Of a DNA stretch of 64,000 nucleotides, positions 26,466 to 40,450 are shown one piece after another; position 1 is the stretch's first letter; each line of letters starts with the position of its first letter. This stretch comes from Octopus vulgaris (Eukaryota). Under the pieces are notes generated by a model, which saw only the letters and a list, made by a program, of their open reading frames with translations, was not told where the DNA came from and did no database searches. Both the position numbers and the translations under genes were made by a program. Where the stretch lies: assembly GCA_951406725.2 (NCBI GenBank), contig OX597839.1:1-64000 (forward strand). Direction: 5' to 3'.

Positions 26466-29400
26466 TAATAATAATAAAAAAATACTAAAAATAGATACAG
26501 TTAAGTTAGCACCAAGTCCATCCTTTCAAGATCGAAATAACTATGAGTTAAGAAATGCTGACCACTAGGTAAAGAAAATTTAGATTAATTCGATTGGCTA
26601 TTGGTTTGAAATTTAAATCACAAAAGAAAATTATACGGTTGGTTAGTCAAGGAACGCCAATATTCACACACGCATCTACAGATCAATCGCACATACACAC
26701 ATAGTTATATGTATATACATACACTTATACACATACATAAGCAACAACTAGCACTTAGATAAACAAAAAAGGGAAGCAACTATGCTAACATTTAGTCCGT
26801 CAAAATTATAACTGAGCCTTAATAACAAAAAAAGAACCATCCATGCATTCTATAAAATATTTAATTTAGATATAAATATATTTTTAAATATCAGTATGTT
26901 ACTAATTCAGATAATTATTTCATGGGTAACTTAAAATTTATAACACCGGTTTGTTACAGAGTAAACATACGGTTGTTAGGTTTATCGTAAGTTTGTTATG
27001 ATTTTAAGTACGCTAAATTATAAAATATAAAATATAAAATATATATTAATTTAAATATTATAAATAAGTCACTTATTAACTTAATAAATATAGTGCCATA
27101 ATATACTAGTTTAGGCATTAAAGAATAGAAGGGGAAGTATTAATGTAAACGCTTATGAGAACATCACAGAAATTTTAAATAAATTTTATATTATAAAGAC
27201 TTAAAATGAAAAGAGATAAAATAAATAAAAAGGAATAAATACGAAGGAATAAATACGGTTATACACATAATTATAAGTACAAACTAGTATATATGTATTC
27301 ATATATTATTAAAATTAAATACAAATAAATGATAGATATGTATGTATAAAACTACACCAGTATAAGTAAATAAGTAAAAAATAAATAGGTAACAAATTAG
27401 ATGACTTGATATGTATGTAAACATCTACACTTAAATAGGCAAATAAATAAATGAATAGAAGACTAGATGCAAAGATTGATAATATTACAATAAAATGGGA
27501 AATAAATAAAAATAAATAAAGTGAATATATATATTTTATATATATTTTATATTGTTGAAAGTAAATATGTATGGAAGGATAGTTTAAAGTACAGATCCAG
27601 AGGACTATAGATATAAACTAAATATATGAGGCTGGTAATAATTATAAAGCAAAATGCATGTAAATGAGAAAATGAAAAAAAGAAAAATGAAAAAGGTTTA
27701 TCAGTGAATAGCATAAGATACAAATTAAGGTGAGTACAAAAAGACCAAATATATAATAAAAACCTTCCAAATAAACACATACAAAAAACCTATAATCTCA
27801 ACCTAAACCCACCAAACTCATAAAAGGCTCTCATATATTACATATTATACAATATCATTACATTATCTAGAGCTAGGTATCTAACCAAGATATACATATA
27901 TACTATGCAATATACTATGCAATATTGGAAAACTTCAAAAATCACACATTACAAGGCAAATACCAAAATGAATATGCTATTTTATGTCATATTGCATTTC
28001 TCTTAAAAAAACAAACAAAAACCCACATACAAAAATCAAGAAACCAATAATACTAGACACATCCATTAATTATTATACAAATGTAGCTATAAAAATTATA
28101 AAATTATGAAATTTATAAATTGTATACTTTAGAATTATAGAGGACCACAGGTATATTTAGTTAAAGAAGGGAATTAAAAAATTAATAAAAGTGGAAGTGC
28201 TAAGTTCTATTTGAATCTAGAAAAGGTGAACGGTAGCCTATGAATACAAAAGAAGTTTTTCTCATTAATGTTGTTAATAATTTGCCGACCCGCTTTAATA
28301 ATGAAGAAAATTTCATTAATACATAGAGAGCATTTTTTATTTTTTCCATTATACACAGGTGCTGAAGTTAGTATTTTCCAGTTTAATCTAAAATCTAAGT
28401 TCTTACTTTTAAGTTCCCAAATGTATGCACTTAGCCCTGTAGAGTACATTCTATTTTTATTCCTAAAAGTATATCTGTGATAATTCCATCTTTGTTTTAT
28501 GCTATTCATAGTTGCACCGATATACACCCTACTACTCAATTGTGTATCTACAGTGCATTGGTAAACTACCTCCTTCCTGAGGCATTGATTACCAAATACA
28601 CATTTATTTTTATTTCTGCAATTACAAAGATTAACAGAATGAGGAAATCTAAGATTGGACACCACCCCTATACTACTATTCACATTATAAGTGTTACAAT
28701 TGTTATCATCATCCAAACCCAAAATCAACGAATGAGTTAATTTCACATTATCGGCTATATTTCTATCACTAGTACTAGTATTGGTAGTAGTAGTATGATC
28801 TATTACATTTATATTATCTCTGACAGGTATGGTGCACTCATTATTAGTAAGGAGGTAGTTCCCATTTGTTCCAAGAAAATTTCTATTCCTATTATTAATG
28901 AAGAGGGGCAAGTTATCCTGGTCTAAATTCAATTTTCTATCCTTATAGAAGTGATCCAGTTTCTTGTTATTAAAAGAGGAGATAATGGTGGCTAGATTAT
29001 GAGTAATGCTATATCCCACTCTAACAGTACCGTTGTTAATTAAAGGACTAAATTTATTCCTATCCTTACCAAAATGCCTAAAAATAACATTATGCAAAGC
29101 TCTCACTATGTTTGTTTTAATCTGCATTGCATACGGGATAATCAACCAAAGAGTATCCTTATCAGAATTAGGATTGCCTATAGAATTAATGTTATTTGTG
29201 AAAATCCTATTCGTAGACCAACTCATAGGATTACTATTCTTACCACTGTTATTATTATATCTATCTATATCAATATTACCATGGTTATTGCGCAAGTAAA
29301 CTTTACCATTATCATGTCTACCATAAGTTTTAATTCGTATATTATTATTAATATTACTACTATTACCCGTATGCTTAGATCTATTTGAGCTACCGTTCAC

Positions 29401-30261
29401 CTTTCCAAGGTTAACGTCACTTCTACATTTATTATAGGTGTTATCATATATTCTATTTTTACTATTCTTATGTATATTGTTGATTATCCTAAATCTATTT
29501 GTGTTGTTCCTGATAGTTCTACCTCCATTAGGGGTTCCCCTTAGGTATAAACCAAATCTTACTTTTATATCCTGCCTTAAGTAATGCTGCATTGTATCTA
29601 TCACAGTGTTTGTTAAAAATTTCCTCGTTTGAGGATAAACTAGAAATTCTCTGACTGATGCTACGCACTAGTGCATTTTTAATTTGGGGGGGTGATTACT
29701 AGAACGGTTAATGTATATTAGGTTAGAATTAGGTTTAATATAGGGTTCATGTAAACCATTAGTAATGTTACAATTAACATCTAAATAATTAGCAGAATAA
29801 TTTTCACTTTCAATGATAATGGATAGGCCGAAGCTTTTAAAAAATTTATTTATTCTTTTTTTCAGAAGATCTAATCTCCTATTTGATGTATTCCTAACAC
29901 AAAATAAGGTGTCATCCCTGTATAATCCACCTTTTAATTCAGGGAATTCCCTACTAAAGTTATCTAATAGATACATCCCAACTAGATCAGTCACCTCCGC
30001 TGAGTCCGGCGATCCCATTGTGATATCGAACAAGTTGGGTGTGTCCTTTCTAGCCCAAAGTTTATTATCAAACTCTATTAAAGTTTTCCTGGCTGTTAGT
30101 ATAACCTTAATCTCCCCCATACTTAGTTTAGTGTGTTTTCTAGCAAAAATTAAGGACTTATTTAATATAATAGGGTTAATTGAAGTGTAATAATTCTGTA
30201 TATCGAATTGTATAAATTTATTTCTATTATAGCTAAAGTTGTTACTGTCACAGACCTTAAT

Positions 30262-30263
<2 letters not shown>
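25760..30263 (-). mobile_element. 5'-truncated Penelope-like element in intron 1: RT, Asn-rich linker, GIY-YIG, ~2.4-kb AT-rich 3' region, hammerhead
   Basis: FIQFDIQNYYTSI, FDITMGSPDSAEVTDLVG, GLYRDD, NYLDV, SNHPP (29668-30260); CNCRNKNKCVFGNQC, VVYQC, VYIGAT, CSLCINE (28207-29604); (TA)n at both ends. Confidence 0.9.
25960..26072 (-). ncRNA. Type I hammerhead motif in the PLE 3' end
   Basis: Minus strand ct-CTGAAGA-ggc...(long stem II insert)...gcc-GAAAC-agctGTC-ag; palindromic helix III CAGCTG; short stem I. Confidence 0.7.
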
Positions 30264-30320
<57 letters not shown>

Positions 30321-30322
<2 letters not shown>

Positions 30323-30560
30323 CGGGAAGCTTTATGAAAATAGACAAAAGACGAAGGCAGGTTTACGGAAATAAACAAAAGACAAAGGCAGGTGGAATAC
30401 AAACAAACAATTGTATTAGTATGCTGCTCAGGAAATATAAATAAAACAAGTCTTTAACATTTCGAGCCTACGTTCTTCAACAGAAAGATACACAGAGAAA
30501 AAACACAGAAAGGAGAGAAAAAAATATGCGTACAGAGGCTAGCGAATCAACATGGCGATC
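30321..30560 (-). mobile_element. Short (TA)n-flanked element with a minimal hammerhead-like motif (30451-30488)
   Basis: Minus strand tcttt-CTGTTGA-agaacgtaggctc-GAAATGTTA-aaga; the same end recurs at 59791-59835; relative at 55115-55300. Confidence 0.6.
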
Positions 30561-30591
<31 letters not shown>

Positions 30592-30596
<5 letters not shown>

Positions 30597-31255
30597 TAAA
30601 AACGGTAAGATAACAAAAGAAAGAAAGAGACCTCAATATTATGTAAATAGAGGAAATTTATCTATATAAACCCTTTATATAACGGTATTTTTTCATAGCG
30701 TTTTTCAGATGGCCAAATAACCGAAGAGATGGTGTTGTGGATTTCCACTTCGGCATCTGAAACTCAGAGTTTTATCTTGACTATTGAGTAATTGTAACAT
30801 ATTCTATATGTACATATATATATATATATATATTGATAAAAATGGTAAGACAGCAAAAAAAAGGAAGAGACCTCGATATTATGTAAATAGAGGAATTTAT
30901 CTGTAAATGTAATATGTGACAATTATTCAGTAGCCATGATAAAACTCCGAGTTTCGGATGCCGAGGTGGAAAACCACGCTTGCCATCTCTTCAGTTATCA
31001 GGCCATCGGAAAAATGCTATGAAAAATGACCGTTATACAAAGGGAAATTACTGTGTGATTGACCGTTATTAAGACAAAAGAGCTATTTGAATGACCGCTA
31101 AGTAAGGGAGTAAAGTAAGGGGGTAAAAAGTTCATAGTATTCGCGTAAGCGCGCCTGTTCATACCTACACATGTGCACCTGCACACCCACATGTGTCTGT
31201 TTAAAATTATACATTCATCCACCCTAACTTGAAAAATGTACACATCCTCACTCTA
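30592..31255. mobile_element. Two related (TA)n-anchored elements with oppositely oriented hammerhead motifs (30717-30775 plus; 30938-30999 minus)
   Basis: Both start ttg(g/a)taaaaa(c/t)ggtaaga; cores CCGAAGA/CTGAAGA-gatg...catc-GAAACtc(a/g)gagtt-ttat. Confidence 0.65.
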
Positions 31256-32334
31256 ACGATGCATGGATCATCCATGTGCAGAAAAGGATCGCCTACACAT
31301 GAAGAGAGAAAATGGAGAAAGTGGACTGATAGGTGTGGAAAACTTTGTGTGCATTGAAGTCAAGAACGTAATGAGGTACCTAGTCCAAAGTAAGGAAATC
31401 TTGCTGGTGATAGTTAGGAAGGATGGAGTATTGAGAGCAGAAAAAAGGGCAAAAACAAAGAAAGAAGTACAAAAAGTACATGAAGAAGAATTACGCAAGA
31501 AGGGACAACACCACAGAAATTGCTGGAAAAAATAGGTGAGATTGGCTGACGAAAGGAACCCTAAAAATAGAGACCGAGAGCACTATACTGGCAGCACAAG
31601 GTCAAGCTTCAGCCACAAACAGAAGGGTCAGCCTGAGGAATGAGCAAGTGTCTCTGCTGTGCTGCATCTGCAATAGAGTGGATGAAACCATTGCCCATAT
31701 CACGAACGAATGCCCTAGACTTGCCCCAAACCCCTACAAGTTGTGGTGATATGATCAGATAATGAAAGGAATACATTGGAAACTGTGAAAAATGGGGGTT
31801 AGAGAGAGGCAAGACGTGGTATGAACACAAACCACAGAGAGTGACAGAGTTGGAGATTTTCAAAATCTTCTGGGATTTCCCAATCCAAAAAGATCAGATG
31901 CTAGAGTTTAACAGACCGGACCTAGTGGTGGTGGACAAGGTGCACCACATATGCTATATAGTTGATGTTGCATGCCCCTTTGACCCACGAATAGTCAAGA
32001 AGGAAGACGAAAAAACAGATAAATACAAGCCTCTTAAGTACAGAATAGCCTGGCTATGGAAAATGAAGAATGTGAAGATAGTGCCAATTATTGTTGGGTC
32101 CCTGGGAACAGTATCAGAAGGCATCAAGAGGGTTATAAAGGAAGTTGGAATAGAGTGCCCAGCAGAACTGTTACAAAAGGTTTGTGTCCTTGGCACGGCC
32201 AGAATAATCAGGAATGTATTAGATAGTTGAAAAGAAAGGATAGCACGGTGCCATAGGCTGCAGGTTGCAAGCCCGCTATACAAGTAAGTCTCCAGGAATT
32301 CGAGCGAAACCTGATTTAAAAACAATAATAATAG
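31256..32334 (+). mobile_element. R4/Dong-like (restriction-like endonuclease) non-LTR retrotransposon 3' fragment
   Basis: KIFWDFPIQ...NRPDLVVVDK...IVDVACPFD...EKTDKYKPL...VPIIVGSLG; degenerate CCHC upstream; (TAA)n tail. Confidence 0.8.
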
Positions 32335-33031
32335 TGCAGGAGTGGCTGTGTGGTAAGTAGCTTGCTAACCAGCCACATCTTTCCGGGTTCAGTCCCACTG
32401 CGTGGCATCTTGGGCAAGTGTCTTCTGCTATAGCCCTGGGCCAACCAATGCCTTGTGAGTGGATTTGGTAGACGGAAACTGAAAGAAGCCCATCGTATAT
32501 ATGTATATATATATATATATATGTATGTGTTTGTGTGTCTGTGTTTGTCCCCCTAGCATTGCTTGACAACCGATGCTGGTGTGTTTACATCCCCGTCACT
32601 TAGCGGTTTGGCAAAGAGACCGATAGAATAAGTACTGGGCTTACAAAGAATAAGTCCCGGGGTCGGGGACTTATATGGTTCCGGGTTCAGTCCCACTGCG
32701 TGGCACCTTGGGCAAGTGTCTTCTACTATAGCCTCGGGCCGACCAATGCCTTGTGAGTGGATTTGGTAGACGGAAACTGAAAGAAGCCTGTCGTATATAT
32801 GTATATATGTGTGTATGTGTGTGTATGTTTGTCTCCCTAGCATTGCTTGACAACTGATCCTGGTGTGTTTACGTCCCCGTCACTTAGCGGTTTGGCAAAG
32901 AGACCGATAGAATAAGTACTGGGCTTACGAAGAATAAGTCCCGGGGTCGACATGCTCAACTAAAGGCGGTGCTCCAGCATGGCCGCAGTCAAATGACTGA
33001 AACAAGTAAAAGAGTAAAGAGAGAGTAAAGA
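32335..33031 (+). mobile_element. Two head-to-tail SINE family A copies ending ~11 nt from the exon 1 donor
   Basis: 32335-32670 lacks the tail; 32673-33031 lacks the start of the head. Confidence 0.85.
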
Positions 33032-33042
33032 GTGCAGTTTAC

Positions 33043-33186
33043 CTGTACAACAGTGGTGACATTGTGCATGCCGATCATGTCAGAAGTAGCCTGGTACTTA
33101 TACACATGGCTGTAACTGTCTTCAAAATAAAACCCGAACACAGCTTTCGCAAGGGCAATAAGCAGAAGAGCTCGCAAGTTCTGCAT
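33043..33186 (-). CDS. Exon 1 of a secreted protein resembling the N-terminus of large lipid transfer proteins (MTP/vitellogenin/apolipophorin-like)
   Basis: ATG at 33186-33184; MQNLRALLLIALAKAVFG-FYFEDSYSHVYKYQATSDMIGMHNVTTVVQ (signal-peptide-like start, Y-x-Y motif); ends CAG|GTAAAC donor, phase 0; TATA box and Inr just upstream. Confidence 0.85.
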
Positions 33187-33204
33187 ATTGAAGAGGGTTC
33201 AGCG

Positions 33205-33240
33205 AACTGGTTTCCCTCGTTGGATACCTCTGTTTATATA
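33205..33240 (-). promoter_or_regulatory. Pol II core promoter: TATA box plus initiator
   Basis: Minus strand TATATAAA at 33240-33233; CCAGTT Inr-like motif with its A at 33208, 30 nt from the TATAAA start and 22 nt before the ATG. Confidence 0.75.
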
Positions 33241-33421
33241 GGTTAGAGAACCGGGGGGGGGGGAGTGGACGTAGAACCAGGGGAAGGCTTTGGTGGGTGG
33301 TGGTGGTGGGAGGTGGTGGTGGTGGTGGTGGTTGGGGGAATGGTGTTTGAGTTGTTTGCAGCGGAATGGTACAAGAGGTGACCAAAGCCAACCTCTACCA
33401 GCAACCTTTCAACTATAGGTC

Positions 33422-33479
<58 letters not shown>

Positions 33480-33502
33480 GCATGTGTGTGTGTATATATA
33501 TT

Positions 33503-33626
<124 letters not shown>

Positions 33627-34109
33627 TATATATATACACATATACATATATATATATACATAGAGAGAGAGTGAGAGAGAGAGAAAAAGAGAGAGATAGA
33701 CAGATAGAGAGTGAGAGAGATAGAGAGAAAAAGAGGGGGAATAAGAAAGATAGAGAGAGAGAGAGAAAACGTGAAGAGCAAGAAAATAGTTCCAATCAAA
33801 TGGTTCCAGTTGACATCGCAATGTATTTTGGAATAAATTATAAGGTATTAATACAAAGCTTTGGTCACCAGATTAGAAGACATTAGCAAGGATTAACAGA
33901 GCTTCCAAACGTTGGAATCGGTTGCTATATCAGTCTTGTAGGCCACCATTATTGTGTTTGTTCAAGAGTTGATAAATGTTGTTTTAATAACGATTACGAA
34001 ACGAGAAAATGTCAACAGGAAACGAATAACAAAATATTGATTAGATTTTTAGCTGTTTATGTTTATTTATTTAGCAATATACATATGTGATTCTTTTATT
34101 TTTTTTTAT

Positions 34110-34496
34110 TTATTTCAGTCGTTTGACTGTGGCCATGCTGGAGCACCACCTTTAGTCGAGCAAATCGACCCCAGGACTTATTCTTTGCAAACTTAGTACT
34201 TATTCCATCGGTCTCTTTTGCCAAACCATTAAATTACAGGGACATAAACACACCAACATCGGTTGTCAAGCAATGGTGGTGGGACAAACACAAACACACA
34301 CATACACACACGTACAGGAATATACATATATATGACGGGCTTCTTTCAGTTTCTGTCTAACAAATCCGCTCACAAGGCTTTGGTCAGCTCGAGGCTATAG
34401 TAGAAGACACTAGCCCAAGGTGGCATGCAGTGGGGTTGAACCCAGAACCATGTAGTTGTGAAGCAAGCTACTTACCACACAGCCACCCCTGCACCT
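34110..34496 (-). mobile_element. SINE family A
   Basis: Reverse complement of the family sequence. Confidence 0.85.
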
Positions 34497-34582
34497 AAAT
34501 ATATATATATATATGACGATTTAAAAGTCTGTTATCAGCATATTGGCATAGAAATAATTTCCTTTTACCCTTGTTTATAAGT

Positions 34583-34646
<64 letters not shown>

Positions 34647-34715
34647 ATTACATATATACAATTTCAAAGTAAGGTGATTAAAATCAAAATAAGCAACAAT
34701 GATATCCAGAAGTAA

Positions 34716-34802
34716 TGCAGTACGATCGTTTCATGCAACTCCATTTAATTGAACAATGCAATCGTTACATCAATTTAAAATGTAGAACAATCTTCAGCTG
34801 CA
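34716..34802 (-). ncRNA. Type I hammerhead motif in a PLE-like 3' remnant
   Basis: Minus strand tgcag-CTGAAGA-ttgt...gcat-GAAAC-gatcGTA-ctgca; weak stem II. Confidence 0.7.
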
Positions 34803-35896
34803 CAAAGACATAGAATATAATTCAATTAGAACAGATGGACACATTATTATGATTATACCTAAAATCTCCAAGAAGTTAGGGAGATAGGCAAAGAACATGC
34901 TGTCTCGCTCCAGTTTAGAAGTTACTGAATTTTCCAAGAAGATATACATTGTTACAGACTCTGCCTGTCACTGATTTTTTTGTTTTTGTTTTTATGGGGT
35001 CAGTTTTAATTTATAGACTAGTTTATCAAATCCCTTGTATGTCTAAGGCTGAGAGAACAGAGGGAGGTATCTGTTAGGGGTAGGAGCTGAGGGAGCAGAC
35101 AGACTTCATAGTTGGTATAGTCATAAAAATCAAGATTTATTAGAAACAATATCATGAGGTTTGGTAAAGGAAAACTTAAAGCAAGATGTTAGGTGATAAT
35201 TAAGGGGGTTGCCCACTGGGTATATATAGTGAAGGCGCTTGGCTTAATGGTTAGGGCATTTGGCTCACGATTGTAATGTCATGAGTTCAATTCCCAGTGA
35301 CGTGTTGTGTCCTTGAGTAAGACCCCTCTCTTATTATAAACTCCCATTGTCACCATCAACTCTATTACTTTTAATAAAGCATCATCAACTCTCCCTAAAT
35401 TTCTTTCTCTCTCTCTCTCTCTCTCTCCACGCCACCGCCCTCACTGACTCTATGCCTACTATTGCTCTCACCCCAACACGAAGAAGTGTCACTGAACAGT
35501 GAGGGAGGTGGTGAAAGTGTGACACACTGACACACAGAAATTAGTTTACGCATTTATTATATTAGATATATATACACACATGTGAACACACACACACACA
35601 CATGCACATGCACGCACACACACACACACACACATAAAGATAGTATGGGGTTATCAGTGAGTGTGGGGTGGGGGATACTCATAAACACCAAGTCCAACTT
35701 GACCAAAATATTTTTTTCCTCGTTTGTTCTGCTTTGTCTTGACATGTTTGGTTGGAATTGTCAAAGATATTAGATGTGGACTGAACAAATTTCGGTTGTC
35801 AACAACAAGTGTGTATGACAGATAAACAGCTAAGACTGTCGGATTACCCTAGTCAGGCACACTCTCAACAATCACTGGAGGCTGTATTTAAGACTC

Positions 35897-36306
35897 CACC
35901 ACGACGACCACGACCACCACCACCATTGTCATCATCACTGCCAAGACCATAACCATAACCACAATGACAACAGCAACGCTGACCACCATCACCACCACCA
36001 CCATGATGACCACAACAACCACAACTACAACCACCATCACTACCACCGCAATCACCATGACGTCGACCATCATAACCATCACGACCATCACCACCACCAC
36101 CACCACCATTGTCATCATCACTGCCAAGACCATAACCATAACCACAATGACAACAGCAACGCTGACCACCATCACCACCACCACCATGATGACCACAACA
36201 ACCACAACTACAACCACCATCACTACCACCGCAATCACCATGATGTCGACCATCACGACCATCACCACCACCACGACCATCACCACCACCATCACCATCA
36301 CCACCA
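35897..36306. repeat. ACC-rich array with a tandem duplication of ~183 bp
   Basis: CCATTGTCATCATCACTGCCAAGACC at ~35923 and ~36106. Confidence 0.85.
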
Positions 36307-36359
36307 GGGGCCTCAGTCCCCTGTCAACCCCTCTGTGAGTCCTTACATCTGTAGATACT

Positions 36360-36596
36360 TTATTTCTTTATTACCCACAAGGGGCTAAACACAGAGGGGG
36401 GACAAACAAGGACAGACATAGGTATTAAGTCGATTACATCGACCCCAGTACGTAACTGGTACTTAATTTATCGACCCCGAAAGGATGAAAGGCAAAGTCG
36501 AACACGGCGGAATTTGAACTCAGAATGAAGCAGCAGCCGAAATACCGCTAAGCATTTTGCCCGACGTGCTAACTATTCTGCCAGCTCGCCACCTTA
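36360..36596 (-). mobile_element. SINE fragment with the ACCCCGAAAGGATGAAAGGCAAAGTCG core (Nin-domain-like)
   Basis: Core also at 48660-49015 (twice) and 49630-49790. Confidence 0.6.
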
Positions 36597-36716
36597 GCCA
36601 GCTCACCACCTTCTTTCTCCTCACTTTGTCCTGTGTCTTCCTGGGTCTACCCCTTCTACATGATCCCTCTCCAATTTGAGATTGGCCCCTCTTGATGCAG
36701 CTGTCTTCTTCATTCA

Positions 36717-37132
36717 TATGCATTATGAAGAAAGGCTGGAGACGCTCGACCTTTATTCTCTAGAAAAACGCCGCCGCCGTGGTGATCTCATTCTTGCTCA
36801 CAACATCATAAGCGGAAAGTGTAACCTCTCGAAAGAGCTGTTCTTCACTCCTGCTCCACAGCGTCGGCTGCGGGGTCATTCCGAAAAGCTCTATCTGCGA
36901 CGATTTCATCTCTATCAAAGGAGAGGAGCCTTCTCCGTCCAGATTGCGGATCCATGGAATAAGCTGCCGGACGAGATGGTGAAGATGCCGACAACCGCTC
37001 AGTTCAAAGTCTCCCTTGACCACAAGTGGCCTGAACTCTTTACATGAACACCACCCTGTACATAACTCCATGTCCCACTACATGGCCTTGCTTTTTGCTT
37101 TTTGAGCCAAAAAATTAACTAACTAACTAACA
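36717..37132 (+). mobile_element. CR1-like LINE 3' end with (ACTA)n tail, nested in an older LINE relic
   Basis: YEERLETLDLYSLEKRRRRGDLI...RLRGHSEKL...FSVQIADPWNKLP. Confidence 0.8.
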
Positions 37133-37833
37133 TTACATGGCTGTACCCGGGTAGTCTTCTCTCTCGCATGCCTCATGTACCCGGTTTTTCTCTCAAATCA
37201 CTTACACTCTATCATACATGCACACTGACATTACCCACCCAGAGAAGCATACTGGCTTCATTTCTTTCAAGTCTTTGCTTATCCCCAGCAGTCACAGCCC
37301 ATGTCTCACTGCCATGTAGCAGAGCTGTTCATACACAGGCATCATATAATCTGCCTTTCATTCTAAGGGAAAAGCCCTTCATTACTAACAGAGGTATGTG
37401 TGTTTTTGTGTATGTGTGTATATATGTATATATATATATATATTGTACAAAGGATCATGGGTAAGAACAGAACAATGCGAGGTAAATACAAGGCAAATCC
37501 CTAGAAAACAAAAATATGAATTAAGCGCGGCCTTGACTGGCTTCTGTGCTGGTGGCACGTAAAAAGCACCATCCGAACGTGGCCGATGCCAGCGCCGCCT
37601 TGACTGGCTTCTGTGCCGGTGGCACGTAAAAAGCACCAACCGATCGTGGCCGCTGCCAGACTCCCCTGGCACTTAAAAAGCACCCACTACACTCACAGAG
37701 TGGTTGGCATTAGGAAGGGCATCCAGCTGTAGAAACACTGCCAGATCAGACTGGAGCCTGGTGCAGCCTCCTGGCTTCTCAGACCCCGGTCGAACCGTCC
37801 AACCCGTGCTAGCATGGAAAACGGACATTAAAC

Positions 37834-37864
<31 letters not shown>

Positions 37865-38707
37865 TAGACTTACCTTACATTCAATATTTCAGTGTTCATG
37901 AGTGTAAGTGATTTGAGAGAAAAACTGGGTACATGAGGCATGCAAGAGGGAAGACTACCCTGGTACAGCCATGCTTATAGATCTATATCAGGCCTCCATA
38001 ATTTTATGATTTTAGTGTCAGAAGGTGATGGAAGAGTATGGAAGACTAGTGGACACAGAACTACTAGGAGTGAGACCAAACGCTTGCATGTAGATTTACA
38101 TCTGGCCTACCATACTTTGGTGGCTGTAGTGTTGGAAGGTGATGAATGACAAACAGACACAGCATTATCAGGAGAAGTGAAACCAAAGAAATGCATATAG
38201 ATTTGCTTCTGGCCTGTCACACTTTGTTGGTCACAGTGTTGGAAGGTAATGGAAGATATGGAAGGCAAACAGACCCAGAATTACCAGGAGAACAGAATCC
38301 AGAGAGATGCATAGAGACTTACATCTCTAACGAAATGTATACATGTCTTCTGTTTGCAAGCAAAGCTGCACTTCAAAGACCAGAATGTGCAGACATCAAG
38401 GGATCTTTAAATGAAGTAGATGATCATCATCAGACTCTAAGGGCTACTTTTAGTTCCTGGACAGGATATTCATGTAGTCCATTATATTCAAAACTGTCTG
38501 ATGGCTGCCAAGATTAACATATGAAAAGTACTTCGAAATTTGCTATAAAATTGTGGTTTTTGGCCGTGTTGGCTGCTATTTCTAGCATGTAAAATTACCT
38601 GTTAATGGGTAATTTTCTATTTTGAAATACGAATATGTTGTCTATTGACTTTTTATACATGCTGGGCCACTGGTGGTGATATTTATAATGAGTATTCGCC
38701 ACCCTAT

Positions 38708-39093
38708 GGATGGAAGCACTCCGTCGGTTGCGACGACGAGGGTTCTGGTTGATCCGAATCAACGGAACAGCCTGCTCGTGAAATTAACGTGTAAGTGGCT
38801 GAGCACTCCACAGACACGTGTACCCTTACCGTAGTTCTCGAGGATATTCAGCGTGACACAGAGAGTGACAAGGCCGGCCCTTTGAAATACAGGTACAACA
38901 GAAACAGGAAGTAAGAGTGAGAGAAAGTTGTGGTGAAAGAGTACAGCAGGGATCGCCACCATCCCCTGCCGGAGCCTCGTGGAGCTTTAGGTGGTTTCGC
39001 TCAATAAACACTCACAACGCCCGGTCTGGGAATCGAAACTGCGATCCTATGACCACGAGTCCGCTGCCCTAACCACTGGACCATTGCGCCTCC
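38708..39093 (-). mobile_element. SINE family B
   Basis: Reverse complement of 8023-8413. Confidence 0.85.
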
Positions 39094-39813
39094 ACACCCT
39101 ATATATATATGAAAAGTAAACATAGCCATTCTGGCAGCTTCCATCAGGAAGACTCCACTCTGGATTTCCTGTCCTTGTGTGACAGCCCTTAATTTCCAGA
39201 TTTTTTTTAAGATCAATCCTAGATGCCTTCTCAAAGAAGGAAACAGAATGGTGAACGGTGAGTCATGAAGGCTTGCTGAAAGCATGTATCATCCTTTTTC
39301 ATCATCGTTTTTAACATCCATTGTTTTTCCAAACTTGTATGTGTCAGAATTTTGATGAGGCAGATCCCTATGGCCTGACATGTTTTCAAAGGAGATCAGG
39401 AAAAAAAGGACTCCACTTGTATGGCTGAGACATTCATTTATGACTACCATGCAACATCAAGGCAAGCAAACTGTAACTCACACATACACATACCCACCTA
39501 CACACAAACACATACATGCATGCATACACATATACATACATACATACATACATACATACATACATACATACATACATACATACATACATACATACATGAA
39601 TACATACATGCATACATGCATGCATACACATATATATATACATACATACATACATACATACATACATACATGCATGCATGCATGCATGCATGCATACATA
39701 CATACATACATACATATATATATATACATATAAATGCACACACACACAGAGACACATTTGTGTATGTATGCATGCATGTATACATGTCTTTATGTATGTG
39801 TGTGTATACATAC

Positions 39814-39865
<52 letters not shown>

Positions 39866-40086
39866 TCTTTATTCTTCACTATTTTACTTGTTTCAGTCAT
39901 TTGACTGCGGCCATGCTGGAGCACTGCCTTTAGTCAAGCAAATCACCCCCAGGACTTATTCTTTGTAAGCCTAGTACTTATTCTATCAGCTCTTTTGCTA
40001 AACTGCTAAGTTACAGGTACATAAACACACCAGCATCAGTTGTCAAGCGATGTTGGGGAGGACAAACACACACACACAAACATACA

Positions 40087-40352
40087 TCTGATTATCATTT
40101 ATTCCACAGTCTTCAAAATCATTTAGACAGAAAACATATGAATTCTATAAATGAGGTGGGAACAGTACTGAAGGAGTATTTTTCATCACGGACAAGTAAA
40201 TTTTGGAAAAGGGGCCTTGCAAGTCTACCAGATAGATGAAAGAGCATTGTAGAAAATGAGGGAGAGTATATTTTAGATTAAACAAGAACTTTATCTTAAT
40301 TTTGAAAAATAAAAGAAGTATAAAAAAACTGCATTATTTATGGGAAATTCCA
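40087..40352 (+). mobile_element. mariner transposase 3' relic
   Basis: Translates SDYHLFHSLQNHL...FWKRGLASLPDR*KSIVENEGEYILD. Confidence 0.7.
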
Positions 40353-40450
40353 ATTATAGTTACATAAACATCTAATTCATAAACATCTAATTAAAGTGGA
40401 AAAATTATCAGAAAAGCTATTTCTAGTCATTTTTACAAATATATATATAT

